This document shows positions 19,218-27,356 of a stretch of DNA of 32,000 nt, piece by piece. The first letter of the stretch is position 1. Each line of letters begins with the position of its first letter. The position numbers were made by a program, and so were the translations under genes. Below the pieces are notes generated by a model, which searched no databases, was not told the origin of the DNA, and saw nothing but the letters and a program-made list of their open reading frames with translations. Source of the stretch: Trichodesmium erythraeum IMS101 (GTDB lineage Bacteria > Cyanobacteriota > Cyanobacteriia > Cyanobacteriales > Microcoleaceae); assembly GCF_000014265.1 (NCBI RefSeq), contig NC_008312.1:5340001-5372000 (forward strand). Reading direction: 5' to 3'.

Positions 19218-20024
19218 TTAATTGTAACTAAAATTATCAATTTTCCACTTTTGTAGATAGGTTAATTGCCTACCATAAGTTAGATTGTATTGCAAGGGAG
19301 TAATTGTGATATATTTTTCACGCATTGCTTCAACATCCGTATTATATTTGTCGGGTATTGCTTGATCCTTAGTTTCTTCAGTTTCTTCCAATAATTCTCC
19401 AGCTAGCCAATAGTAAGTTTTACCTCGCGGGTCAACCCGTTTTTTAAATATATCTATGTATCGACAAACTCCTTGACGGGTAATTTTTACTCCTGCTATT
19501 TCTGTTTCCTTAACTGCTGGAATGTTTACATTCAGTAACATTAAATTATCTAAAGGTTGGCTTTCTATTTTCTGCACTAGACTTTGAGCAAAATTGACAG
19601 CAACTTCAAACTCCCTAGAAGTGTAACTGCCAAGACTAAAGGCAATGCTAGGAATATTTTCAACTATCCCTTCCATGGCTGCAGAAACAGTACCAGAATA
19701 GAATATATCAGTGCCTAAATTTGGGCCATGATTAATTCCTGCTAATACTAAGTCTGGTTGAGTTTCTAATAAGCTAAATAGGGCTAATTTTACACAGTCA
19801 GCAGGAGTGCCAGAACAAGCCCAAGCTGTTATCCGATCATCAAAAATTGATTTGACAATTTCAGCCCGAATAGGTTGATGTAATGTTAAGCCATGACCTG
19901 TAGCTGAACGTTCTTTATCAGGACAAACCACAAAAACTTCATGGCCTACTGCTGCTAAACCATTAGCTAAGCTCCGGATACCTTCAGCAAAAATGCCGTC
20001 GTCGTTACTAACCAATATTTTCAT
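19218..20024 (-). CDS. surE: 5'/3'-nucleotidase SurE
   Basis: [20 protein letters not shown]...[16 protein letters not shown]...[24 protein letters not shown] is the canonical SurE signature. Confidence 0.93.
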   Translation of the reverse strand: MKILVSNDDGIFAEGIRSLANGLAAVGHEVFVVCPDKERSATGHGLTLHQPIRAEIVKSIFDDRITAWACSGTPADCVKLALFSLLETQPDLVLAGINHGPNLGTDIFYSGTVSAAMEGIVENIPSIAFSLGSYTSREFEVAVNFAQSLVQKIESQPLDNLMLLNVNIPAVKETEIAGVKITRQGVCRYIDIFKKRVDPRGKTYYWLAGELLEETEETKDQAIPDKYNTDVEAMREKYITITPLQYNLTYGRQLTYLQKWKIDNFSYN

Positions 20025-20689
20025 TTTTTTAAGGTAATAGGGAATGGAATAGGTCGAGAAAAATCTTTCCTCAGTTTTAATTTTCTACATATGCAGGAGC
20101 CCAAATTATCCTATTTCTCACTAATAGTTGTCAAACTGACGGTTCTTTTAACTACCAAGGTTTAAGGACATTAGAAATTAGTACGACTAAAGTATAGATA
20201 GGGAAATTTATAGCTAATACCATTTCTGAAAAACTTTTCTATGTTTTGCAACAGTAGGAGAATTAGCCATAACCTCAACCGACCCACCTCTAACCCCTCT
20301 GATGGGGGGGGGAACAAGGAATAACCATAGAAAGTCAATACAGCATAAAAATAATGAACAGAGTTGGGGGGTTGCTAATTATCAAAAAGGTTATTAGTGT
20401 GTTAATTACTTAATAGTTAAAATGTCACCTAGATATGATATATCTGACATTATTTTTGGGAATTGGTGTAACACAATTTCCAGTATTTTATAAAATACGG
20501 TAATTAATGTGGTATGACTAACAAGGGAAATATTTTTTTGCTTGTTTATTATCCTGCAACTAATCTTCCCTATTCCATGCTCCCTTTCTATCTATTAAAA
20601 TGATAAAACTAGACTAAAAATTACAGTTAATACTAAAACCTAGGCAAAAATCAAAAAAATTGTAAATATTATTGACCTATTTATTTATT

Positions 20690-21685
20690 ATGCAAATAAG
20701 TGATATTAAAACCTTATTGGAAGAATTACGCCAAAAAGCAACCGAAGCGATCGCCACAGCAGAAAACCGAGAAAAACTAGAAGACTTACGGATATACTAT
20801 CTGGGTAAAAAAGGTCAAGTATCTAAAATTCTTGGTGCGATGGGTAAACTGAGCCCAGAAGAACGACCAAAAGTAGGAGCGATCGCTAATGAAGTGAAAC
20901 AAGCCATCCAAACTAACCTAGATGAAAAACGTAGTAACTTACAAGCCTTAGAAATTGCAGCCCAGCTTAAAGCCGAAACCGTAGATGTCAGTATGCCAGG
21001 GGTACATCGCTCCCAGGGAAAAATTCACCCTCTGAATGGTCTTATAGACCGTGCCCTTGATATTTTCGTTGGTTTAGGATATACAATTTCCACCGGCCCA
21101 GAATTGGAAAGCGACTACTATAACTTTGAAGCTCTAAACACTCCGCCAGACCACCCGGCAAGAGATATGCAGGATACCTTTTACCTGGCAGACGGAAATT
21201 TAATGCGAACTCATACCTCCTCAGTCCAGATCCGTTACATGGAAAAACATGAACCCCCTATTCGAGTTATTGCTCCTGGTCGTGTTTATCGGCGGGATAC
21301 TGTAGACGCAACTCACGCTGCAGTGTTCCATCAAATTGAACTTTTAGCAGTAGATGAAGGACTGAGATTTTCTGACCTCAAAGGAACTATAAAAGAATTT
21401 CTCCGACAAATCTTTGGAGACTTACCTATTCGTTTCCGCGCTAGCTATTTCCCATTTACCGAGCCTTCAGCAGAAGTAGATTTAGAGTGGAATGGTAAAT
21501 GGTTAGAAGTATTAGGTTGTGGTATGGTAGACCCTAATGTTTTGCAAGCAGTAGGTTATGACCCGGAAAAATATACGGGTTTTGCAGCAGGTTTTGGGGT
21601 AGAAAGATTTGCTATGGTACTACACCAAATTGATGATATTCGGCGTGTTTATGCTAGTGACTTACGCTTTTTGCGGCAGTTTTAA
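20690..21685 (+). CDS. pheS: Phenylalanine--tRNA ligase alpha subunit
   Basis: [56 protein letters not shown] and [10 protein letters not shown] are present. I prefer the ATG at 20690 to the track's TTG at 20672. Confidence 0.93.
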   Translation: MQISDIKTLLEELRQKATEAIATAENREKLEDLRIYYLGKKGQVSKILGAMGKLSPEERPKVGAIANEVKQAIQTNLDEKRSNLQALEIAAQLKAETVDVSMPGVHRSQGKIHPLNGLIDRALDIFVGLGYTISTGPELESDYYNFEALNTPPDHPARDMQDTFYLADGNLMRTHTSSVQIRYMEKHEPPIRVIAPGRVYRRDTVDATHAAVFHQIELLAVDEGLRFSDLKGTIKEFLRQIFGDLPIRFRASYFPFTEPSAEVDLEWNGKWLEVLGCGMVDPNVLQAVGYDPEKYTGFAAGFGVERFAMVLHQIDDIRRVYASDLRFLRQF

Positions 21686-21795
21686 CTGGCTTGACTTAAA
21701 CTGAGTGAAGAGTGTATGTAAGAATTTATTAACAATTTATATTGCTTACATAAATTACTTTTGATTTTTGAAATTTAATTTTGGAATTAATAAAT

Positions 21796-22536
21796 ATGCG
21801 TCAGACAGTAACATTATTAGTATTAACATTAATGATAGTTGTTAATTTTGCTAAAAAAGCTACTACAACTATCAAAACTGATCAGGTATCTGAAGAAACT
21901 GTTCAGGTATCTCCAGAAATTAGTCATGTATTCCCAGAAACTACTGAAAGTTCTGAAGACACTGCTAGTTTATGTCGTCAAGTTAATGACCCAGCAGGTT
22001 TAAAAGTTCAAAAAAGACCTACTCCTAATTCTCCTATAGTTGGTAGTGTATATCCTGATCAAGAGGTGAAATTAATTAAAGATTATCGAAAGATTAGAGG
22101 TCCCGCTGGTCGCACCTGGGTACAGATCACTTCTCCTATTGTGGGATTTGTATCTAAGGGTTTTCCAGGAAATGAGACTAATTTAAGAGAATGTTTTGAA
22201 GTTGCAGAAGAAACTTCAGGAGAATTTTCTGGTCAAAATACTTCTGGTGATAATTTGCGGACACAAACATCTCCAAATTCTCCCTATCCCCCAGAAACAG
22301 ATGAAAGTTTATGTCGTGAAATTGATAGAAAAAAAGCACCACGAGGTTTAGCAGTGCGTGGGGATGCTTCTAGACGTTCTGAGTATAGAGGAAAAGTACC
22401 TGTTGATAGCCAGCTTATTTTAGTAGACAATTATCAGTTAATTGGTGATAAAAATGGTGAAAAACGTAAGTGGGTGAAAATTATTTATCCTTTACAGGGG
22501 TTTGTTTCTGCTGGTAATTTGCTTGAGTGCAGGTAG
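21796..22536 (+). CDS. Secreted protein with two SH3b-like repeats, each bracketed by Cys residues
   Basis: ATG at 21796 gives the signal-like N-terminus MRQTVTLLVLTLMIVVNFA. Internal repeat: SLCRQV..GLKVQKRP...W(V)QITSPIVGFVSKGF...LRECF versus SLCREI..GLAVRGDA...KWVKIIYPLQGFVSAGNLLEC. Confidence 0.6.
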   Translation: MRQTVTLLVLTLMIVVNFAKKATTTIKTDQVSEETVQVSPEISHVFPETTESSEDTASLCRQVNDPAGLKVQKRPTPNSPIVGSVYPDQEVKLIKDYRKIRGPAGRTWVQITSPIVGFVSKGFPGNETNLRECFEVAEETSGEFSGQNTSGDNLRTQTSPNSPYPPETDESLCREIDRKKAPRGLAVRGDASRRSEYRGKVPVDSQLILVDNYQLIGDKNGEKRKWVKIIYPLQGFVSAGNLLECR

Positions 22537-22564
22537 TAGTTATTGAATCAAAGTTGAATCAAAG

Positions 22565-22608
22565 TAGGTTGGGTCAAACGAAGTGCAACCCAACCTATGG
22601 TCATTTTT
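22565..22608 (+). terminator. Probable rho-independent terminator of the SH3b-like gene
   Basis: A 10-bp perfect stem, TAGGTTGGGT (22565-22574) with ACCCAACCTA (22588-22597), and a 13-nt loop. A run of five T residues follows 6 nt later. Confidence 0.5.
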
Positions 22609-22873
22609 AATAAGAATGGAACACTTTTGATACTGAAACTTAGTTATAGCAAAAAAGATTTGTTTCAATCTAAATTAAAACGACTACAGACCAAACTCAG
22701 TTTAGTTATCAGCTTTATCCTAATAAAGGTAATAGGCAGTTATCAAAAACAGACTAAATTAAATTGAGAAAAAAAGCTTGATTTTAAAAGTAAGATACTT
22801 CTGCTTAAAGTATAAGAAACATAGGGTTAGAGAGAAATCTGAAAAACATACTTTGCTTATGGGAATTTGATTT

Positions 22874-22894
22874 CAGTTATCAGTTATCAGTTAT
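22874..22894. repeat. Three perfect tandem heptamers CAGTTAT (STRR-like)
   Basis: Read directly. Same heptamer family (AGTTATC rotation) as 13045-13079. Confidence 0.85.
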
Positions 22895-23120
22895 TAGTAC
22901 CTGTGGCTGAAGCTAGAGAGTAAAAAAGACATAAAGCGATGGCGAATATTTTTCTCCCGAACCTTGCAAAAGGAGTCTTGAGATCTAATTTTTTGGTCAT
23001 AGCAAGGAAGCAGAAGCAATCTTATGCTAACCCTGATAGTGCTTTTTTCCACAGAACGAAAAGTAATAATTAGGGTAACTTGACAGTATTGGTTGAATCA
23101 TTCTTGAATCTATAATAAAC

Positions 23121-24986
23121 ATGAGCATTAAAAAGAATTCCAAAAATTCCCGTAACCGTAAAATTGGAACTGTTTTATTAATTTTGGCAGGTGTGTTATT
23201 AGCAGTATACTTCTTCATGCCACGTCGCAAATATCCTCGTGTTCCTTATAGTGTATTTATTCAACAAGTGGAAAAAGGACAAGTGGTGGGAGTTCAAATA
23301 GATAACAAAAAAATTGTATATCGCCTCAAAGGAGAAGAAGATCAACTCGGACCTTTACTTGTCACTACTACAATAAATGATCCTCAATTACTTAAGCGTT
23401 TAGAAGATAATAAAGTTACATTTCAAGCCGCACTCCCGAAAAGTCCTTGGTTTACTATTCTTTTAAATTGGGTAATTCCACCAATTATATTAGTAGCAGC
23501 ATTTCAGTTTTTTATGAACCGTGGAACTCAAGGTTCTCTTTCAATTAGTAAGAGTAAAGCTAAAGCTTATGTGGAGGGAGAATCAGAAAAAATTACTTTT
23601 GCTGATATCGCTGGGGTGGAAGAAGCAAAGACAGAATTAACTGAAATTGTAGATTTCTTAAAAACACCAAAATGTTTTACTGAAATTGGTGCGAGAATTC
23701 CTAAAGGTTTGTTATTAGTCGGACCTCCGGGAACTGGTAAAACTTTATTATCAAAAGCAGTTGCTGGAGAAGCCGGAGTGCCATTTTTTAGTATTTCTGG
23801 TTCGGAGTTTGTGGAACTATTTGTTGGTACTGGTGCTGCTAGAGTTCGTGATTTGTTTAAACAGGCAAAAAAGAAGGCTCCTTGTATTATTTTTATTGAT
23901 GAAATAGATGCAATTGGTAAGTCGAGAACTAGTGGCAATTTTTACAGTGGTGGTAATGATGAACGGGAACAAACTTTAAATCAACTGTTAGCTGAAATGG
24001 ATGGTTTTGGAGCAGGAGATTTAACGGTTATTGTTTTAGCCGCGACTAACAGACCGGAAGCTTTAGATGCTGCTTTATTGCGTCCGGGAAGATTTGATAG
24101 ACAGGTATTAGTAGACCGTCCAGACTTAGTTGGTCGGGAGGCAATTTTAAATATTTATGCTAAAAAAGTTAAGTTGGGAGAAGATGTTGATGTGCATAAA
24201 ATAGCAGTTAGAACTCCTGGTTTTGGAGGGGCAGACTTAGCTAATATTGTGAATGAAGCTGCTTTATTAGCGGCCAGAAATAAACGGGAAACTGTTGCAC
24301 AAGTAGATTTTTCCGAAGCTATTGAAAGAGTGGTTGCTGGTTTGGAAAAAAGGAGTCGGGTTTTGAGCGATCGCGAAAAGAAAATTGTAGCTTATCATGA
24401 AGTTGGTCATGCTTTGGTTGCGGCGTTAATGCCTGGTAGTGGTAAGGTGGAAAAAATTTCAATTGTACCGAGGGGAATGGCTGCTTTGGGGTATACTTTG
24501 CAGTTGCCAACTGAGGAGAGATTTTTAAGAGATGAAACTGAAATTCGAGGGCAAATTGCTACTTTTTTAGGAGGTCGTGCTGCGGAGGAAATTGTCTTTG
24601 GAAGTATTACGACTGGAGCTTCAGGAGATTTACAAAAAGCTACAGATCTTGCTGAACAAATGGTGACAACTTATGGTATGAGTAAGGTTTTAGGACCTTT
24701 GGCTTATGAACGCCGTGGTCAAGGAGGATTTTTAAGCAATGAAGGTGTTAACCCCCGTCGTTTAGTTAGTGAAAAAACTGCCGAAGCAATTGATAATGAA
24801 GTGAAAGAAATTGTGGAAAAGGCTCATCAGCAAGCTAGGGAAATTTTGAATTATAATCAAGGTTTGCTCCAAAAGATTTCTCAGTATATTTTGGAAAAAG
24901 AAGTCATAGAAGGAGGAGAGTTATATGGGTTATTGGAAGAGGTGCGAACGCCACCAAGGAAGGATGTTAAAGAAGTCGAAAGTTAA
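23121..24986 (+). CDS. ftsH: ATP-dependent zinc metalloprotease FtsH
   Basis: N-terminal TM, Walker A GPPGTGKT, Walker B IIFIDEIDA, the SRH region and the HEVGHA zinc motif are present. Confidence 0.95.
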   Translation: MSIKKNSKNSRNRKIGTVLLILAGVLLAVYFFMPRRKYPRVPYSVFIQQVEKGQVVGVQIDNKKIVYRLKGEEDQLGPLLVTTTINDPQLLKRLEDNKVTFQAALPKSPWFTILLNWVIPPIILVAAFQFFMNRGTQGSLSISKSKAKAYVEGESEKITFADIAGVEEAKTELTEIVDFLKTPKCFTEIGARIPKGLLLVGPPGTGKTLLSKAVAGEAGVPFFSISGSEFVELFVGTGAARVRDLFKQAKKKAPCIIFIDEIDAIGKSRTSGNFYSGGNDEREQTLNQLLAEMDGFGAGDLTVIVLAATNRPEALDAALLRPGRFDRQVLVDRPDLVGREAILNIYAKKVKLGEDVDVHKIAVRTPGFGGADLANIVNEAALLAARNKRETVAQVDFSEAIERVVAGLEKRSRVLSDREKKIVAYHEVGHALVAALMPGSGKVEKISIVPRGMAALGYTLQLPTEERFLRDETEIRGQIATFLGGRAAEEIVFGSITTGASGDLQKATDLAEQMVTTYGMSKVLGPLAYERRGQGGFLSNEGVNPRRLVSEKTAEAIDNEVKEIVEKAHQQAREILNYNQGLLQKISQYILEKEVIEGGELYGLLEEVRTPPRKDVKEVES

Positions 24987-25209
24987 AAGTGAAGATAAGT
25001 CAAAACCAAAAGTATAATTTGCTTATTTATCTATTAATACCTCTTCATAAAGTATTTGCCCCTTACTCTGCCATTCCATTCATAGGCATTTTTGGAAAGG
25101 TCAATAAATAAACCAAATTCCTCCTGAAAAAAATCTGGTACCAATAGCACTTGGGGTACATGATGAAGTATATTTGAAGAGTAACCGACCCTACCCCACC
25201 AAATGCATT

Positions 25210-25992
25210 ATGCCCAGAAAACCTCGAAATCTTTTAGCTGGATACTCCTATCACATTACGACTCGTTGCAATAACCGTGAATTTAAACTTTCACGGCGCC
25301 AATGTCGGGAGGTATTTCTTTATGCTATTAAAAAGGTTTCCACAAAATACAATTTTCGGCTTTATGCATTGTGCATTATGTCTAATCATGTTCATTATTT
25401 GATTGAACCCTTACAACCAGAAGATTTACCGAAAATCATGCACTTCCTCAACTGGTATACGGCTATGTGTTTCAACAGAATGTTAAAACGTACAGGGCAT
25501 TTTTGGGAAAAACGATATTACTCTAATGGGTTTCCTTCCTCAGATAAAGAAAGAGCATTGAATACTTTGCGTTACATTCATGGCAACCCTAAAGCTGCCA
25601 AAATGCGTTGCGGCTTTTTCTACGACTTTAGCAACTATGGTAGCTACGAATGTTTGACTAATGATGGCCTAACTCAATGGCATCCTGCTTTCTTGGAGTT
25701 AGCTAACACTCTGGAAGAATGTGCACAAAAATATAAGGGATTTTGTCGTAAATATAAGCCCAAACAAAAAAAAGGAAAAAAGTGTCACTGGGGTAGTAAG
25801 TTTTTAGGGGGTATTGTTCTGTCTTTTGATGGCAGAAATTCTCGTTCTACGAAGAAGAACTCTACAAAAAAGAAGGAGTCAACCCTCTTTGACTTTCCGC
25901 CGACGGTAATGCCGGAGGAAAATAAAGAAATAGCAAGGGTAGTTAGTCAATTTGTTGTAGCCAATAGACCCTCAGTCAGATGGGGGGGGTAA
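25210..25992 (+). CDS. HUH/Y1 single-strand DNA transposase-like protein of the RAYT/IS200 (Y1_Tnp, COG1943) type with a Lys-rich C-terminal tail
   Basis: YHITTRCNNREF is present. The HUH motif SNHVHYLIEP has its first His at 25387-25389. The catalytic-Tyr motif LRYIHGNPKAA has Tyr at 25573-25575. I prefer ATG 25210 (MPRKPRNLL...) to TTG 25174. The gene has host-like AT-rich composition. Confidence 0.8.
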   Translation: MPRKPRNLLAGYSYHITTRCNNREFKLSRRQCREVFLYAIKKVSTKYNFRLYALCIMSNHVHYLIEPLQPEDLPKIMHFLNWYTAMCFNRMLKRTGHFWEKRYYSNGFPSSDKERALNTLRYIHGNPKAAKMRCGFFYDFSNYGSYECLTNDGLTQWHPAFLELANTLEECAQKYKGFCRKYKPKQKKGKKCHWGSKFLGGIVLSFDGRNSRSTKKNSTKKKESTLFDFPPTVMPEENKEIARVVSQFVVANRPSVRWGG

Positions 25993-26434
25993 ACATCCTC
26001 GCCGGCTTCCCTGTTTCCCCCCGCGGCGCTCTATGTAGGCCACATGCTCCCCGCCGGCCGCCGCGGCCGCCGCCGCCGCTGCGCTGCGCTGTCATTTGGC
26101 CACCCCGCGCTCCCTCTCGCCGCGCTGTCCAAAAGTTCCGCTGTCCATCTGGGGTGTCCATCTCTGATGGGCCATTTTGTGTAGTGAGGTCCGCTGTCCA
26201 TCTCTTTTCTTGTCAGACTTAGGGACTTGAAGGTGTCGGGCAAGGGGTCTGGCACGGAGGCAACGGCGCCACCCTGCGCTCCCTCAAGTTGGCTTGTGCT
26301 GAGTTGTCCAAACAAAAAATAACACCATCCATCACCATGAGTAGGGAGTTAGGATGATGGGGAGGAAGGCGCCACCCACCGAAGGCGCCACCCTGCGCTC
26401 CCTCGGGGTGTGCTGGTGCTGAGTTGGTGTCCAT

Positions 26435-26468
26435 TGCGCTCCCTCTGCGCTCCCTCATGCGCTCCCTC
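26435..26468 (+). repeat. Tandem triple TGCGCTCCCTC (iteron-like), copy 1
   Basis: 11-mers start at 26435, 26446 and 26458, so the spacing is 11 and 12 bp. Confidence 0.9.
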
Positions 26469-26854
26469 AGGGGTGATCTGGTTCACGAGCGCCCACGCCA
26501 TTGTGGCCCATGTGGCAAAAAGGCAGTTGGTGGCCCACAAAAGTAAAGGCCGCCACAAGGCCGCCATCGCCATACACATACTAAGGCCACAGGCCACTGG
26601 CGCGGATAACCGATCGGGAGGCGGCGGAACCGGGAAGGATCTAAGAATAAATCGGCGGGGCGCGGACCGGCGGAGGAGGAGGGGGCGCGGAAGAGGGGAA
26701 AACCACCCTGCGCTTTTTCTAGTTGGCTGCAGCAGAGTGGAGTCCATTGCGCTCCCTCGACTTCCGACTGACTTAAAAGACTTAGGTTTTTGCACGGGGG
26801 CGGCTGATCTGGCAGGCTGATCTGTGTGGTGTCTTGTGCTGAGTTGGTGTCCAT

Positions 26855-26888
26855 TGCGCTCCCTCTGCGCTCCCTCATGCGCTCCCTC
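26855..26888 (+). repeat. Tandem triple TGCGCTCCCTC (iteron-like), copy 2
   Basis: Identical to 26435-26468, offset by 420 nt. Confidence 0.9.
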
Positions 26889-27356
26889 AGGGGTGATCTG
26901 GTTCAGGTTCAGGTTCGAACGTCCAAGGGGGACACAGGGGACACGCGTCGAAGGGCCTAGATGGCCACGGCGCTTCCGAGCGCCCTTATGCCATTGTGGC
27001 CCATGTGGCAAGGAGTTGGCAGTTGGTGGCCCACCATAGTTGGTGGCCCACGGCCCAGGGAGGCCGCCACAAGGCAACTTAACGATCAATCGATCCGAAA
27101 TTAGGCACGCGGGCCGGCTGCTCAGGTAGGTATGGTGGCTCATAGTTGCATTGGTTGCAACCACCCTGCACTTTTTCAAGTTGGCTGCAGCAGAGTGGAG
27201 TCCATTCCGCTCCCTCGACTTTGGACTTAAGGGGTGAAGGGGTTGCAGGTGATCTGGGATAAGTGTGGTGTCTCATGTGGTTGGAAGTAGTTTTTTGATT
27301 TTATAATGGATAATTAACATTAGCATAGTTTTTGGATTTATGAACAGGATTTTATT

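Larger units (their letters stand above)
25993..27290 (+). repeat. GC-rich non-coding island made of same-strand modular direct repeats: two imperfect ~420-490-nt composite units plus a diverged leading unit
   Basis: Hand GC counts are 48/60 (26041-26100) and 34/60 (26521-26580), against 18/60 in the flanking gene (25321-25380). A 70-nt block is repeated identically (26416-26485 and 26836-26905). A 63-nt block differs at 3 positions (26701-26763 versus 27159-27221). A 22-mer is identical at 26497-26518 and 26990-27011. GCGCTCCCTC occurs 10 times, all on the + strand. Confidence 0.85.

Noticed and set aside
6817-24510. Internal or overlapping short ORFs (6817-7044+, 9729-9980-, 11283-11480-, 15628-15810-, 23027-23230-, 23567-23938-, 24319-24510-)
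   Set aside because: Each lies inside or overlaps a longer gene with clear family motifs, and none has recognisable features.
26416-26905. DGR template/variable repeat pair or retron msr/msd
   Set aside because: The duplicated 70-nt blocks are identical, with no adenine-specific differences. No reverse transcriptase gene is in the window. Neither copy lies at the 3' end of a target gene.
26905-26930. tRNA-like T-loop GGTTCGAAC
   Set aside because: The flanking bases cannot form a T-stem (TCAGG versus GTCCA), and no acceptor or anticodon arms could be built.
26410-27039. Idea that the repeated LRSLCAPSCAPSGVIWF peptides (from the TGCGCTCCCTC triplets) are RiPP precursor cores
   Set aside because: There is no leader-like conserved N-terminus, no RBS and no neighbouring maturation enzymes. 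GC-rich codon usage is inconsistent with expressed genes of this genome. The repeat is explained more simply at the DNA or RNA level.
26416-27270. TPP-riboswitch-like words (GCTGAGT ... GGTGATCTGG, and TGATCTGGGATAAGTG at ~27249-27264)
   Set aside because: The P5 complement is missing: CTGG is not followed by CCAG after the loop. CUGAGA is not exact. There is no thiamine gene downstream.
25976-27276. Nine track ORFs inside the GC island (25976-26161-, 25980-26222+, 26031-26315-, 26219-26458-, 26349-27179-, 26410-26820+, 26483-26878-, 26824-27039+, 27079-27276-)
   Set aside because: They overlap one another on both strands. They are Arg/Pro/Gly/Ala-rich with no domain-like features. Their codon composition is unlike every credible gene in the window. 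Long open frames are expected by chance in GC-rich DNA because stop codons are AT-rich.
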